A DNA stretch of 64,000 nt from contig JAAZIU010000023.1 in the NCBI GenBank assembly GCA_012800735.1, positions 37,622 to 101,621 on the forward strand, read 5' to 3'. Of this stretch, positions 37,734 through 47,657 are shown piece after piece. Both the position numbers and the translations under genes were made by a program. The stretch is from Clostridiales bacterium (GTDB taxonomy: Bacteria > Bacillota > Clostridia > Oscillospirales > CAG-272). Every line of letters begins with the position of its first letter. Positions within the stretch are counted from its first letter, which is position 1. The notes under the pieces were generated by a model that was not told the DNA's origin, did not search any database, and saw only the letters and a program-made list of their open reading frames with translations.

Positions 37734-38393
37734 TCAGTCCGCCTTCATTTTGATAATTCTGTCCGAGTAAACGGTCAGGTCGGTGTCGTGCGTGACCATC
37801 AATATCGCGGTGCCTCCGGCGTTTATCTCTTTTAAAAGCTGCATAATTTTCTCGGTTGAATCTTCGTCAAGATTGCCGGTCGGCTCGTCCGCCAAAATCA
37901 GCTTCGGCTCCATGATAAGCGCCCGCGCAATGGCGCAGCGCTGCTGCTCCCCGCCCGACATTTCCGCCGGAAGATGGTCGGCGCGGTCGCCTATCCCGAC
38001 TTTTCTAAGCATCTGTTCAACCCTCGCCCGGCGCGCGGATTTCTCAATTCCGGCATAACCGAGCGGCAATTCAACATTCTCAAAAGCGGTCATCGTAAAT
38101 ATGAGATTGAACTGCTGAAAGACAAATCCGAGCCGGTTTGCCCGGTAGTCTGCTTTCCCATCGTTTGAAAGAGAGGAAACGTCCTCGCCGTCAAAATAAT
38201 ACTTCCCGCCGTCGGGGCTGTCCATGAATCCGATTATATTGAGCAGCGTCGACTTGCCGCAGCCGGATTTGCCAAGCAGCATTACAAATTCCCCCTCGGC
38301 GACATTCATATCAATGCCGCGGAGCGCGTCAACTCTGCCGTATTTGGTTTTGAAGGACTTCGTAAGTCCCTCGGTGCGTACGATATCGGACAT
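37734..38393 (-). CDS. ABC transporter ATP-binding protein (LolD/MacB-type)
   Basis: [35 protein letters not shown] and VTHD motifs. Confidence 0.93.
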   Translation of the reverse strand: MSDIVRTEGLTKSFKTKYGRVDALRGIDMNVAEGEFVMLLGKSGCGKSTLLNIIGFMDSPDGGKYYFDGEDVSSLSNDGKADYRANRLGFVFQQFNLIFTMTAFENVELPLGYAGIEKSARRARVEQMLRKVGIGDRADHLPAEMSGGEQQRCAIARALIMEPKLILADEPTGNLDEDSTEKIMQLLKEINAGGTAILMVTHDTDLTVYSDRIIKMKAD

Positions 38394-38395
38394 TA

Positions 38396-39037
38396 TTATA
38401 CCTCCCCCGACAAAAGCCTGTTTGGATCTGTTTTTGATAGCCGCCTTGAAAATGTCAATGTCGGAATTAAGACCGGCAGCAAAGCTGCGCCCAAAACAAG
38501 CAGCGGCGTTGTTTTCGACACATAAAGATACTCGCTTACGTCAATAATCGCGCCTGATTTTATCAGTAAAGGCAAGGCGGCGGAGCCTAAAATAACGCCT
38601 GTAAGCGAAGCGGCGGCGGTAAAGACGAAAGTTTCAAATAAAAGCGTTCTTGTGATAAATTTCCGCCTGAATCCTATCGAATAATAGACGCCGACTTCGT
38701 AAATCCTCGACCTCTGCATCAGTAGGCTGATGAAAATTACCGAAATCACCCCGATGATAATCGCGCCGGCGTTGATATACATTCCTACTTGCTTTACCGC
38801 ATTGGCTTCGGAGATTTGCCGGTAAAGCTTCATCTCCGCTTCTATCTTTTCGGGAGGCATATCTTTTATTAAACCGTATTTTTCATCAGCCAAAGCGGTA
38901 CATGCGGCAGTCAGGGCAAGAGCGGCCGTTTCGACGGCAATCGTCAGCGCGACGATTATCCCCAGCGGCAGATACCTCCCACGCAGCCGACGTATGCCGG
39001 AGAGGGAATTCTTGAAAAAGAATCGCCGATTATTCAT
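38396..39037 (-). CDS. FtsX-like ABC permease (short)
   Basis: RIYEVGVYYSIGF FtsX motif and TM helices. The ATG at 39037 overlaps the upstream TGA (ATGA), so the track start of 39190 is too long. Confidence 0.8.
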   Translation of the reverse strand: MNNRRFFFKNSLSGIRRLRGRYLPLGIIVALTIAVETAALALTAACTALADEKYGLIKDMPPEKIEAEMKLYRQISEANAVKQVGMYINAGAIIIGVISVIFISLLMQRSRIYEVGVYYSIGFRRKFITRTLLFETFVFTAAASLTGVILGSAALPLLIKSGAIIDVSEYLYVSKTTPLLVLGAALLPVLIPTLTFSRRLSKTDPNRLLSGEV

Positions 39038-40461
39038 CCGTCCCTCCCCATAAGCTCCGGTATCGAAAAAACTTTGAGCTGAATTGCAGTTACAACAGCC
39101 GCGCAAACCCCACCCGCCGCAGCTGCCAAGGCACAGAATACGATAACCGAAGCGTCGGCGTTTACAAAATATCCGCCGCGGATAAGCCATTCGGCAGATG
39201 CGAGGCAGGCTTTTGCCAGCAGATAACCCGCGCCGGCCGAAAGCGCGGCGACACCGGCGATAAAAATCGCGTATTCAAACCCGTATTTTGCGGAAATAGA
39301 GCGGTTGCGAATCCCGACCGACGCCAATATGCCGGTCTCGCGGCGTCTCAGTCCGAGGTTGAATATGATAAGCAAAACAGTCGCGGTCGACGAAATCACT
39401 CCCGCCGCAGCCATGAACTTTATACAGACGGATTTCATATTTAACGGCGTTTCAGCGGCGTCCAGATAAGAAAACATATCCGGCTGCAATCGCATCATCC
39501 ATGAGTTTTCGTACTCTCCGCAGAATTCGATGAACTCATCAAGCAGACGGTAATTTTTAAGTTCGTAATATGCGATATAGCTGTTTATCTCATGTTTCCC
39601 GGCGGGCAGCAGGTTGTATGCGGTGTCAAAGTCGGTTATTATGAGGTATCTTATCCGCTGATGTTCGATTCTGAAAAACGGATTTGTGTAATTAAGCCGG
39701 AGCATTTCGTGATCTTCAGAGGTATCGTCGGCGGCGGGCGGAGAATAATTAAAATTGTATGAAAAAAATCCGGATATTACGGCGGAGCTGATTGTCCGCC
39801 CTTCGGAATCTTCAAATTCCAGCCGGTCGCCGATTTCATATCCGAATTTTTCCGCTGTTATTTGCGAGATAAGGCACTCGCCCTTGCCGTGTTCCCGCCC
39901 GGCAGTAATCTCTGCGCTCAGAACCCCGGTTCCGGTGCCGCGTATGCCGCAGGACATCCATTGAAAATCGCCAAAACTGCCGCCATACAGAATATTCGAA
40001 TCAAAACTTTCGGGTATGCGTTCGTAACTTTTCCTGTTCTGTTCGGAAAGCTTTTCAGGGTCGATTTTAATCCCGCGGTAAACCTGCAGCGCATAAGCAA
40101 GACCGTATCGCGTCAGATGCGGATATTCGGCAAAGCGGTCAAAAAGTTCCCGTTCCGTATAAGTCGGGACGTTGTATTTATTCATCGAGCCGTCGTTGTT
40201 GAAAGCCGAGTCGCCGCCGGTCGGGTTAAACGGAGTGAGAGAATCGGTTTTCAGCCATTGAAAATCCGGGTTGAAGCGGCAGCTGATTTTCTTTAAATGA
40301 GTTTCAGCGGCATTGTCAATCAATACCCGCGAAGCGGAGATGAATATAAGGCAGCATACAAAAACTCCGAACATAACGAGCAATACAGCGCCGACCAACG
40401 CCAGCCGCCTGCGCCCGGCGAAAATATCCCGGAATATGCGGGAGGTCATGTATTTGTTCAT
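39034..40461 (-). CDS. FtsX/MacB-like ABC permease with a large extracellular domain
   Basis: N-terminal TM helix, extracellular domain, RRRETGILASVG motif and C-terminal TM helices; likely ATG at 40461. Confidence 0.8.
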   Translation of the reverse strand: MNKYMTSRIFRDIFAGRRRLALVGAVLLVMFGVFVCCLIFISASRVLIDNAAETHLKKISCRFNPDFQWLKTDSLTPFNPTGGDSAFNNDGSMNKYNVPTYTERELFDRFAEYPHLTRYGLAYALQVYRGIKIDPEKLSEQNRKSYERIPESFDSNILYGGSFGDFQWMSCGIRGTGTGVLSAEITAGREHGKGECLISQITAEKFGYEIGDRLEFEDSEGRTISSAVISGFFSYNFNYSPPAADDTSEDHEMLRLNYTNPFFRIEHQRIRYLIITDFDTAYNLLPAGKHEINSYIAYYELKNYRLLDEFIEFCGEYENSWMMRLQPDMFSYLDAAETPLNMKSVCIKFMAAAGVISSTATVLLIIFNLGLRRRETGILASVGIRNRSISAKYGFEYAIFIAGVAALSAGAGYLLAKACLASAEWLIRGGYFVNADASVIVFCALAAAAGGVCAAVVTAIQLKVFSIPELMGRDG

Positions 40462-40513
40462 TGTTTTCTTTTCCGTATAGCTCAACACTTCGTTTTTTTA
40501 TTATCTAAACAAT

Positions 40514-40543
40514 ATTATACAACACCACTGACATTTTTGTCAA
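40514..40543 (-). promoter_or_regulatory. Promoter of the FtsX-type ABC operon
   Basis: TTGACA-18bp-TATAAT with TG on the minus strand. Confidence 0.7.
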
Positions 40544-40600
40544 CTGTTTTGGTGAAACTGCTTAATTTTTTCACAGATTTATTCGACGCTCCGTTTACCG

Positions 40601-41473
40601 CTATTCGCCACATTTTCCCGCTTCTTTCCTATACTCCCCCGGCGCAATACCGTATTTTTCCTTAAACCTCCGATAAAAACTCGACACCGACCGAAAACCC
40701 ACCGTTTCGGATATCTCTTCGATACCGGCATTCCCTTCAGCGAGCATTTCCGCGGCGGCGATGAGACGGTTTTCGTTTATCAGCGCATGGAGCGGCTTGC
40801 CATAGCGCTTCATGCAAATTCGGTAAAGCTGCCGCGGGCTGATGCAGAGCGCAGCGGCGATCTCTTCGGTGCTGTCATTGTTCATGAAATATGCGGAGGC
40901 ATATCTTTCAATATCTGTGAGCCGGTCGATATTTCCCGCTTTCGGCAGGCTTGACGGATGATATGTTTTTTCGGCGGCGTCAAGCAGAGAAGAGAGCAGC
41001 GAACAAAGCCGGAGTTTATTTTGCATATCCGGCCGCGAACGCAGATTGTCCGTGATATCCTGCGCCTTAAAGCTTATGTCTTCGCGTTTTTTGAATACCG
41101 CGTATTCGTCTCGCTCAAACAAACTTTCGAGAGCGGCGGCAAGTTCACGGTTTTGGGAACGGCGGGTGTCCGCTTTGATGCATATCGCTCGATAATAATC
41201 GAATTTAGCCGTCTTAGATACGCAGTGATACATCCCCGCCGGTATCAGCGCCGAGTCTCCCCGTGAAAGGGATATTATCCCCGACTCGGTATTTACATAG
41301 ATAAACGGTCCCGTGCAGACAAACAGCTCCGCCATATCGTGCGTATGAAATATATTGAATTTCGTTTCGTTATTTGAATTTTCGGTCAAAAATTCAAAAT
41401 AAAAAATCAGTTTCACTCCTTCAAAGGTGAATTCGGTATTGTATCTTTCAAGGTTATCCTGTTTTTGTGTCAT
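40601..41473 (-). CDS. AraC family transcriptional regulator (cupin sensor plus HTH)
   Basis: FHTHDMAELF cupin motif; C-terminal ISPRQLYR...ISETVGFRSVSSFYRRFKEKYGIAPGEYRK. Confidence 0.92.
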   Translation of the reverse strand: MTQKQDNLERYNTEFTFEGVKLIFYFEFLTENSNNETKFNIFHTHDMAELFVCTGPFIYVNTESGIISLSRGDSALIPAGMYHCVSKTAKFDYYRAICIKADTRRSQNRELAAALESLFERDEYAVFKKREDISFKAQDITDNLRSRPDMQNKLRLCSLLSSLLDAAEKTYHPSSLPKAGNIDRLTDIERYASAYFMNNDSTEEIAAALCISPRQLYRICMKRYGKPLHALINENRLIAAAEMLAEGNAGIEEISETVGFRSVSSFYRRFKEKYGIAPGEYRKEAGKCGE

Positions 41474-41539
41474 AATAACCTCCGCCTGCCTTCCTTAGCG
41501 TGTTATTTCTCGTGGAAAAAATCACCGGATTTTGACTCT

Positions 41540-41568
41540 ATTATATAATATTCCCCGCAGTCTGTCAA
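41540..41568 (-). promoter_or_regulatory. Promoter of the AraC-family gene
   Basis: TTGACA-17bp-TATAAT on the minus strand. Confidence 0.75.
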
Positions 41569-41582
41569 CACAATTCTCATTA

Positions 41583-41648
41583 TCGGACATTATTCGGTTG
41601 ATTTTGTCCGAATAACGCATTGCAAATGATTGCGGTAAATGCTATAAT
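41583..41648 (+). promoter_or_regulatory. Promoter of the glycan locus with an upstream inverted repeat (candidate activator site)
   Basis: TTGCAA (41620)-17bp-TATAAT (41643); inverted repeat tcggaca-N15-tgtccga at 41583-41611, just upstream of the -35. Confidence 0.55.
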
Positions 41649-41692
41649 CTATTTAAAGATTAAATAAACTTCAAATAATGGGGGAATGAGAA

Positions 41693-43159
41693 GTGAAAAA
41701 ACAAATATCATTGATTTTAGCCGCTCTGATGATTCTCAGTCTGTCCTTCGTTTCCTGCGGGGATAATTCGGATGAGAAAACCGTTGTTACAACAACGGCG
41801 GAGTCGGAAATTTCGGAAACGGAAATAATCACCGAAATCAATCTTAAAGATACGATTTTAAAGAAAGATTTCGGCGGCGCCGAATATAAGATACTCGCCG
41901 CTGCCGAACAATGGAAATCTCAAGTGACCGCCGAAGAGGAAAACGGCGAGATCTTGAACGACGCCGTATTTATGAGGGACAGGAATGTTGAGGAGGATTA
42001 TAACGTAAATTTAGAATACGAAGTTGTCAACGGTTATTATGCCGGAAAGGAAACGGTCAGGACAAAGCTCCACGGCAGCGTAATGGCCGGCGATACTGCA
42101 TACGATCTCTTTACCGGCAACACCGCTTACCTCTGTGAGCGAATTCTTGACGGTCTTTTTATGAACCAGGCGAGTCTTGAACCACTTGACTTTGAGCGCC
42201 CGTGGTATTATAATAATGTAAACAAGAACATAACCGTAAGCGGCAAGCTGTTCGTTTCTTCCGGCGGTTTCAATTTCTCAAACGAGAGCGAAAGCTGGTG
42301 TACCATCTTCAATAAGGAAATGCTTGCTTCTTTTGGTCTTGAATCGCCTTATGATAAAGTTTATAACGGCTCATGGATATTCGATGAGTTTACCCGAATG
42401 GGCGCGGTTGCCTCAAGTGATATAGACGGCGACGGCAAATTCACAAAGGAAGACCGCTTTGGAATATTAATGACGCAAACGGAGCCTTTTTATGCCCTTC
42501 CATATGGATTCGGCCGCCTAATCACGGTTTTGGATGAGGACGGGATTCCCCGTATTACCGGAGCTGATGAGCGAAACGTCGGGATTTTCGATAGACTCGG
42601 CGAATTTAAAAAAGACAAAACGCTTTATTATTCCTGCGAGACAAACCCCAAAGATGAGCTGATATCAAAGTTCAGCGCCGGACAAGGGCTTTTCGTGCTG
42701 TATCCTCTGAGAATCGTTGAGATACCCGAAATGCGCGAGTCAGTTGACTTCGGTATCCTGCCATTGCCGAAATATGACGAGATTCAGGACGGTTACTACA
42801 CTCTCTGTTGGGCTGCCGTGGCGGCAATTCCGCTTGTTGTTAAGGATGTCGAAAAATCCGCCGTCATACTTGAAGCGCTTAACTGCTATTCTTATGTGGA
42901 CGTGGTTCCGCAATATACCGAGATAGTCCTGCAGCGCAAACTCTCCCGCGACGATGAATCCGCCGGAACGGTGAAGCTTTTGTCTGAAGGCATTTCGATG
43001 GACTTCGGAACTCTGTTCAACGCTTCAATAGAGCCGACTCTTGTTTTTGCCGAGAGTCTCTGCACTCCCGGAAAATACACCTCGTGGTGGGCAAAAAACG
43101 AGAGCAAGATTGAAGCGAAACTTGAAAAGCTGCTGGAAGAAATATCAAAGCTGAATTGA
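41693..43159 (+). CDS. Extracellular solute-binding lipoprotein
   Basis: GTG start, lipobox FVSC, DAVFMRDRNVEE, DIDGDG and FGILPLPKYDE motifs. Confidence 0.85.
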   Translation: MKKQISLILAALMILSLSFVSCGDNSDEKTVVTTTAESEISETEIITEINLKDTILKKDFGGAEYKILAAAEQWKSQVTAEEENGEILNDAVFMRDRNVEEDYNVNLEYEVVNGYYAGKETVRTKLHGSVMAGDTAYDLFTGNTAYLCERILDGLFMNQASLEPLDFERPWYYNNVNKNITVSGKLFVSSGGFNFSNESESWCTIFNKEMLASFGLESPYDKVYNGSWIFDEFTRMGAVASSDIDGDGKFTKEDRFGILMTQTEPFYALPYGFGRLITVLDEDGIPRITGADERNVGIFDRLGEFKKDKTLYYSCETNPKDELISKFSAGQGLFVLYPLRIVEIPEMRESVDFGILPLPKYDEIQDGYYTLCWAAVAAIPLVVKDVEKSAVILEALNCYSYVDVVPQYTEIVLQRKLSRDDESAGTVKLLSEGISMDFGTLFNASIEPTLVFAESLCTPGKYTSWWAKNESKIEAKLEKLLEEISKLN

Positions 43160-43196
43160 CGAAATCACTATATATAAATACAGGAGGGTAAAAACC

Positions 43197-44630
43197 ATGC
43201 TTTACATAGGAAATCAAAGAGAATGTTTTTTTGACGATTATTTCCTCGACGAGACAAAAACCGGCGCCGAATATCGTCTCCACAACCCAATCCCGCAGGA
43301 AGTGGTGCTGACGCTCGGCGAGATGTGGGAGGGGGACGGCTGTGATTACTACAACTTCTTTTACGATAAAGACAGAAAAATCCTGCGGCTCTATTACCTT
43401 GCTTTCAAGATGCTCGGGGCGCACGACGGGATAAGAGTCTGCTACGCCGAAAGCCGAGACGGTCTTAAATGGGAAAAGCCGGAGCTCGGTTTGTTTGACT
43501 ACAAAGGCACAAAGCATAACAATATTATCCTTGACCCGACGGTTCATAAAAATATCGACAATTTCATGGTCTTTTACGATGATAATCCCGCCTGCCCGCC
43601 CGACAAAAGATATAAGGCGATCGCGTCGTATAACGATAACGGCCGACCGGCGCTTTATTGTTTTTGGAGCGAGGACGGAATAAGGTTCTCGATGGAAAAC
43701 ACCTGCGAGATAACCGACAAAGGCGCTTTCGACAGCCTTAACGTCGCGTTCTGGGATGAAAACGCCTCTAAATACCGCTGCTACTTCCGTTCATTCCATC
43801 AGCCCGACCTCAGCGATGCCCCCGCGTTTGAAAACGAAGCCATAAGAGACATAAGATATATTGAATCGCCGGACTTCGTAAATTGGAGCGAACCCGTCCT
43901 GCTTGATTTCAAAGGCGCGGAGGATATCCCGCTTTATACAAACAACGTAATTCCATACTACCGCGCCCCTCATATCTATATAGGCTCGCCGTCAAGATAT
44001 ATTGAGCGGAAAAGCTGGACGCCTACTTATGACCGGCTCTGCGGCGCCGAGTGGCGGAAGGAAAGGATGAATCACCACCCGCGCTACGGTCTTACTTTGT
44101 CCGATTGCGTATTCATGTGTTCCCGCGACGGAAAAAGCTTCAAAAGATACGATGAAGCCTTCATCCGCCCCGGACCCGAAAGACCGCTTAACTGGGTATA
44201 CGGCGATTGCTATCCCGCAAGAGGGCTTGTCGAAACTCCGTCGCTTCTCGAAGGCGCCGACCCGGAAATTTCCATCTACAATTACGAAAACCACTGGTCG
44301 GGCAAGCCGTCGGCTCTACGCCGATATACAATCCGCCGTGACGGCTTCGTTTCGCTTCACTCCGGCGCAAAAGAGACGATTTCAACTTCAAAGCGTTTTG
44401 TTTTTGAAGGAGCTGAACTCGAAGCAAACCTTTCCACATCGGCAAGGGGATATATCCGTTTTGTTCTCAGGAACGATGACGGCGAAAAACTTGAAAGCTA
44501 TGAGATATTCGGCGATTCGACATCAAGGATAATTGACTTCGACGGCGATATATCCAAGTTTTCCGGCAAGCCGATTTATATGGATATCATAATGAGCGAC
44601 GCCGATCTTTACTCGATTAAGTTCAATTAA
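43197..44630 (+). CDS. Putative cytoplasmic glycoside hydrolase-like beta-propeller protein
   Basis: YAESRDGLKWEKP, WSEDGIRF, ESPDFVNWSEP and SRDGKSF propeller/Asp-box-like repeats; no signal peptide. Confidence 0.65.
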   Translation: MLYIGNQRECFFDDYFLDETKTGAEYRLHNPIPQEVVLTLGEMWEGDGCDYYNFFYDKDRKILRLYYLAFKMLGAHDGIRVCYAESRDGLKWEKPELGLFDYKGTKHNNIILDPTVHKNIDNFMVFYDDNPACPPDKRYKAIASYNDNGRPALYCFWSEDGIRFSMENTCEITDKGAFDSLNVAFWDENASKYRCYFRSFHQPDLSDAPAFENEAIRDIRYIESPDFVNWSEPVLLDFKGAEDIPLYTNNVIPYYRAPHIYIGSPSRYIERKSWTPTYDRLCGAEWRKERMNHHPRYGLTLSDCVFMCSRDGKSFKRYDEAFIRPGPERPLNWVYGDCYPARGLVETPSLLEGADPEISIYNYENHWSGKPSALRRYTIRRDGFVSLHSGAKETISTSKRFVFEGAELEANLSTSARGYIRFVLRNDDGEKLESYEIFGDSTSRIIDFDGDISKFSGKPIYMDIIMSDADLYSIKFN

Positions 44631-44657
44631 AGCAAACAAATAAGAGGGGGAGCCAAC

Positions 44658-46094
44658 ATGAAACGCCTATCAATAATCCTCGCGCTGCTGCTATTCCTTT
44701 CGGTTATTGCCTCCTGCGGAGACAAACAGTCAGCCGATTATAAAGCCGTTGACACTACCACCGATTCTTCTTCGACAACCGATGCCGAGACGGAAGCCCC
44801 CTTTGGCGACGACCTTCCTAATGACCTTGATTTCAAAGGTGAGAAAGTAAGAGTACTTATCTTCGAAAACGGTAACAACCCGAGCGACGGTTGGTGCAAC
44901 TACATCGATATGGATGAGTCGAACGGAGATATACTGAACGATTCGGCCGTACAGCGGAATATGGAAGTCGAAACTCGATTGAATATCGAAATAGAATGTA
45001 TCGAAGTCGGCGTAGTTACAGATAGAGTGGCTAAATCGGTAACAGCGGGGGAAGACGCGTATGACGTTGCAATACCTTTCTCGAATGATGTTGTTACCAA
45101 GCTTATCACTTCAAACATGCTCTATGACGTCTCGTCGCTGCCGTATGTCGATCTTTCAAAACCTTACTATTCAAAAGACTCGTATGAGACCTTTGCGATA
45201 AACGGCAAACATTATCTTTTCGCTGGGGCTTATACCTATCCGCTTTACAGTACCGTTTCCTGGCTGTTCAATAAGGACGAATGGGAGAATCGCGGACTTG
45301 ATGATGCATATAACACGGTATACGACGGCAAGTGGACTTTGGACTATGTCGACACCATAATAAAGGACACATATATCGACCTTGACGGCGACGGCAAGAA
45401 GAATGATAAGGACTTTTACGGCTTCACCTCAGTAATCCCCTATATGCTGTCGTATATATATTACGGATGCGGTCTGAAGGGCGTCTCGCTTGAAAGCGAC
45501 GGATTTATATTCGATTACGGCGATGAAAGAGCCTCAAGGGTAATGGACAAAATAATCGCTCTTTCAAATCATCCCGACACATATTACTATAAATCGGGAT
45601 GGGAAAGTTTCTTTGCCGGCAATTCGCTTATGCTGCTTTATGGCTCTAGTCTAATGTATCTGCGGCAGCTCGAATTCGACTTCGGAATGCTACCTATGCC
45701 GAAATTTGATGAAACGCAGGATGACTATGTATCATATATGTGCGGAGGTATAACTTTTGTTCCTTCCACAATACAGCGCCCCGAGCTTGTCGGCGCTGCG
45801 GTCGAGGCGCTCTTTTCGTCATCCGGCAGATACATGGTAGACGCTTTTATCATGAACTACGCCGAGCAGAAAGTTCTCCGCGACGATCATTCGATTACGA
45901 TGTTCAGGCTCATCAACACCAATGTCAAGTATGATTTTACCTATATCAGTCCGTCAAAAAAGATCGAAGCAAACACACTTTTGAACAAAGTAATCTCCGA
46001 GCGTCAGAATATCCTCGCGTCCGAATGGGCGAAAATACAAGAAAGCGTCGAGGCCGAATTTGCCGAATTTTACGAAAATTACTGTAAGGGCTGA
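44658..46094 (+). CDS. Extracellular solute-binding lipoprotein (tandem copy A)
   Basis: Lipobox IASC; SBP motifs; near-duplicate of the next gene. Confidence 0.87.
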   Translation: MKRLSIILALLLFLSVIASCGDKQSADYKAVDTTTDSSSTTDAETEAPFGDDLPNDLDFKGEKVRVLIFENGNNPSDGWCNYIDMDESNGDILNDSAVQRNMEVETRLNIEIECIEVGVVTDRVAKSVTAGEDAYDVAIPFSNDVVTKLITSNMLYDVSSLPYVDLSKPYYSKDSYETFAINGKHYLFAGAYTYPLYSTVSWLFNKDEWENRGLDDAYNTVYDGKWTLDYVDTIIKDTYIDLDGDGKKNDKDFYGFTSVIPYMLSYIYYGCGLKGVSLESDGFIFDYGDERASRVMDKIIALSNHPDTYYYKSGWESFFAGNSLMLLYGSSLMYLRQLEFDFGMLPMPKFDETQDDYVSYMCGGITFVPSTIQRPELVGAAVEALFSSSGRYMVDAFIMNYAEQKVLRDDHSITMFRLINTNVKYDFTYISPSKKIEANTLLNKVISERQNILASEWAKIQESVEAEFAEFYENYCKG

Positions 46095-46180
46095 GTTTGT
46101 TCCGTCGGATATAAGACCGGATGCGGTTCTATAATTCAATCAGATTATCAAAATATGTAAAAAATAAGAAAGGAACCAAA

Positions 46181-47620
46181 ATGAAACACCTATCAATAAT
46201 CCTCGCGCTGCTGCTATTACTTTCGGTCTTCGCTTCCTGTGGGGGCGAGCAGTCTGCCGATCACAAAGCCGTTGACACTACCGCCGATCCGTCTTCGACG
46301 ACCGAAGCGGAGACGGAAAATCCCTACGGCGACGATCTCCCCGAAGACCTTGATTTCGAGGGCGAGAAAGTAAGAGTACTTATCTTCGAAAACGGCAACG
46401 ACCCGAGCAACGGCTGGTGCTGCTATATAGATATGGACGAGTCGAACGGAGAGATACTGAACGACTCGGCAGTACAGCGGAATATGGAAGTCGAAACCCG
46501 CTTGAATGTCGAGATAGAGTGTATCGATGGCAGCGGAGTCGTCGATCGGGTAGCAAAGTCGGTCACCGCAGGTGAAGATGCCTATGACATTGCGATACCT
46601 TTCTCGACTGAAATCCTTACCAAGCTTATCACTTCAAATATGCTCTATGACGTCTCGTCGCTGCCGCATATCGACCTTTCAAAACCTTACTACACAAAAG
46701 ACTCATATGAGACATATGAGATAAACGGCAGACATTATCTCTTTTCCGGCGCATACACCTATCCGCTTTACAGCACCGTTTCCTGGCTGTTCAACAAGGA
46801 CGAGTGGAAAAATCGCGGAATTGACGACGCCTACCAAACGGTATACGACGGCAAATGGACTCTCGACTATGTCAGCGCCGTGATAAAAGACACTTATATC
46901 GACCTTGACGGCGACGGCAAGAAGGGGAATAATGATTTTTACGGCTTTACAACCGTAGTCCCTTACATGCTTTCTTATATTTATTACGGCTGCGGAATGA
47001 AGGGAGTTTCGCTTGAAAGCGATGGATTCAAGTTCGATTACGGCGACGAAATGACTTCCAAGGTCATGGACAAGATTATCGCCCTCGGAAATCATCCGGA
47101 TGCGAAATATTACAAATCAGGTTGGGACAACTTCTTTGCCGGAAATTCGCTTATGTTGCTCTACGGCTCCAGCCTTCCGGGACTGCGCCAGCTCGAATTC
47201 GACTTCGGAATGCTTCCGATGCCGAAATACGATGAAACGCAGGACGATTATGTCTCATATATGTGCGGAGGCATCACCTGTGTTCCTTCCGCCATTCAGC
47301 GTCCCGAGCTCGTCGGCGCCGCAGTTGAAGCGCTTTTCTCGTCATCCGGCAGATACATGGTAGACGCCTTTATCATGAACTACGCCGAACAGAAAGTTCT
47401 CCGGGACGATCACTCGATTACGATGTTCAGGCTTATCAATACCAACGTAAAATACGACTTCACCCGCTATATCAGCCCTTCGAAAAAGATCGAATCAAAC
47501 GAGCTAATAAACAAGGTGATAAACAAGGGCGAAAACGTTCTCGCGTCCGAATGGGCGAAGATACAAACAAGCGTTGAAGCCGAATTTGCCGACTTCTACG
47601 AAAATTACTGCTCGGGCTGA
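46181..47620 (+). CDS. Extracellular solute-binding lipoprotein (tandem copy B)
   Basis: ATG at 46181 after the RBS gaaaggaa; lipobox FASC; long identical stretches with copy A. Confidence 0.87.
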   Translation: MKHLSIILALLLLLSVFASCGGEQSADHKAVDTTADPSSTTEAETENPYGDDLPEDLDFEGEKVRVLIFENGNDPSNGWCCYIDMDESNGEILNDSAVQRNMEVETRLNVEIECIDGSGVVDRVAKSVTAGEDAYDIAIPFSTEILTKLITSNMLYDVSSLPHIDLSKPYYTKDSYETYEINGRHYLFSGAYTYPLYSTVSWLFNKDEWKNRGIDDAYQTVYDGKWTLDYVSAVIKDTYIDLDGDGKKGNNDFYGFTTVVPYMLSYIYYGCGMKGVSLESDGFKFDYGDEMTSKVMDKIIALGNHPDAKYYKSGWDNFFAGNSLMLLYGSSLPGLRQLEFDFGMLPMPKYDETQDDYVSYMCGGITCVPSAIQRPELVGAAVEALFSSSGRYMVDAFIMNYAEQKVLRDDHSITMFRLINTNVKYDFTRYISPSKKIESNELINKVINKGENVLASEWAKIQTSVEAEFADFYENYCSG

Positions 47621-47657
47621 GCCGCAGCGGTATAAATGTGATAAAAGGTATTGAAGT

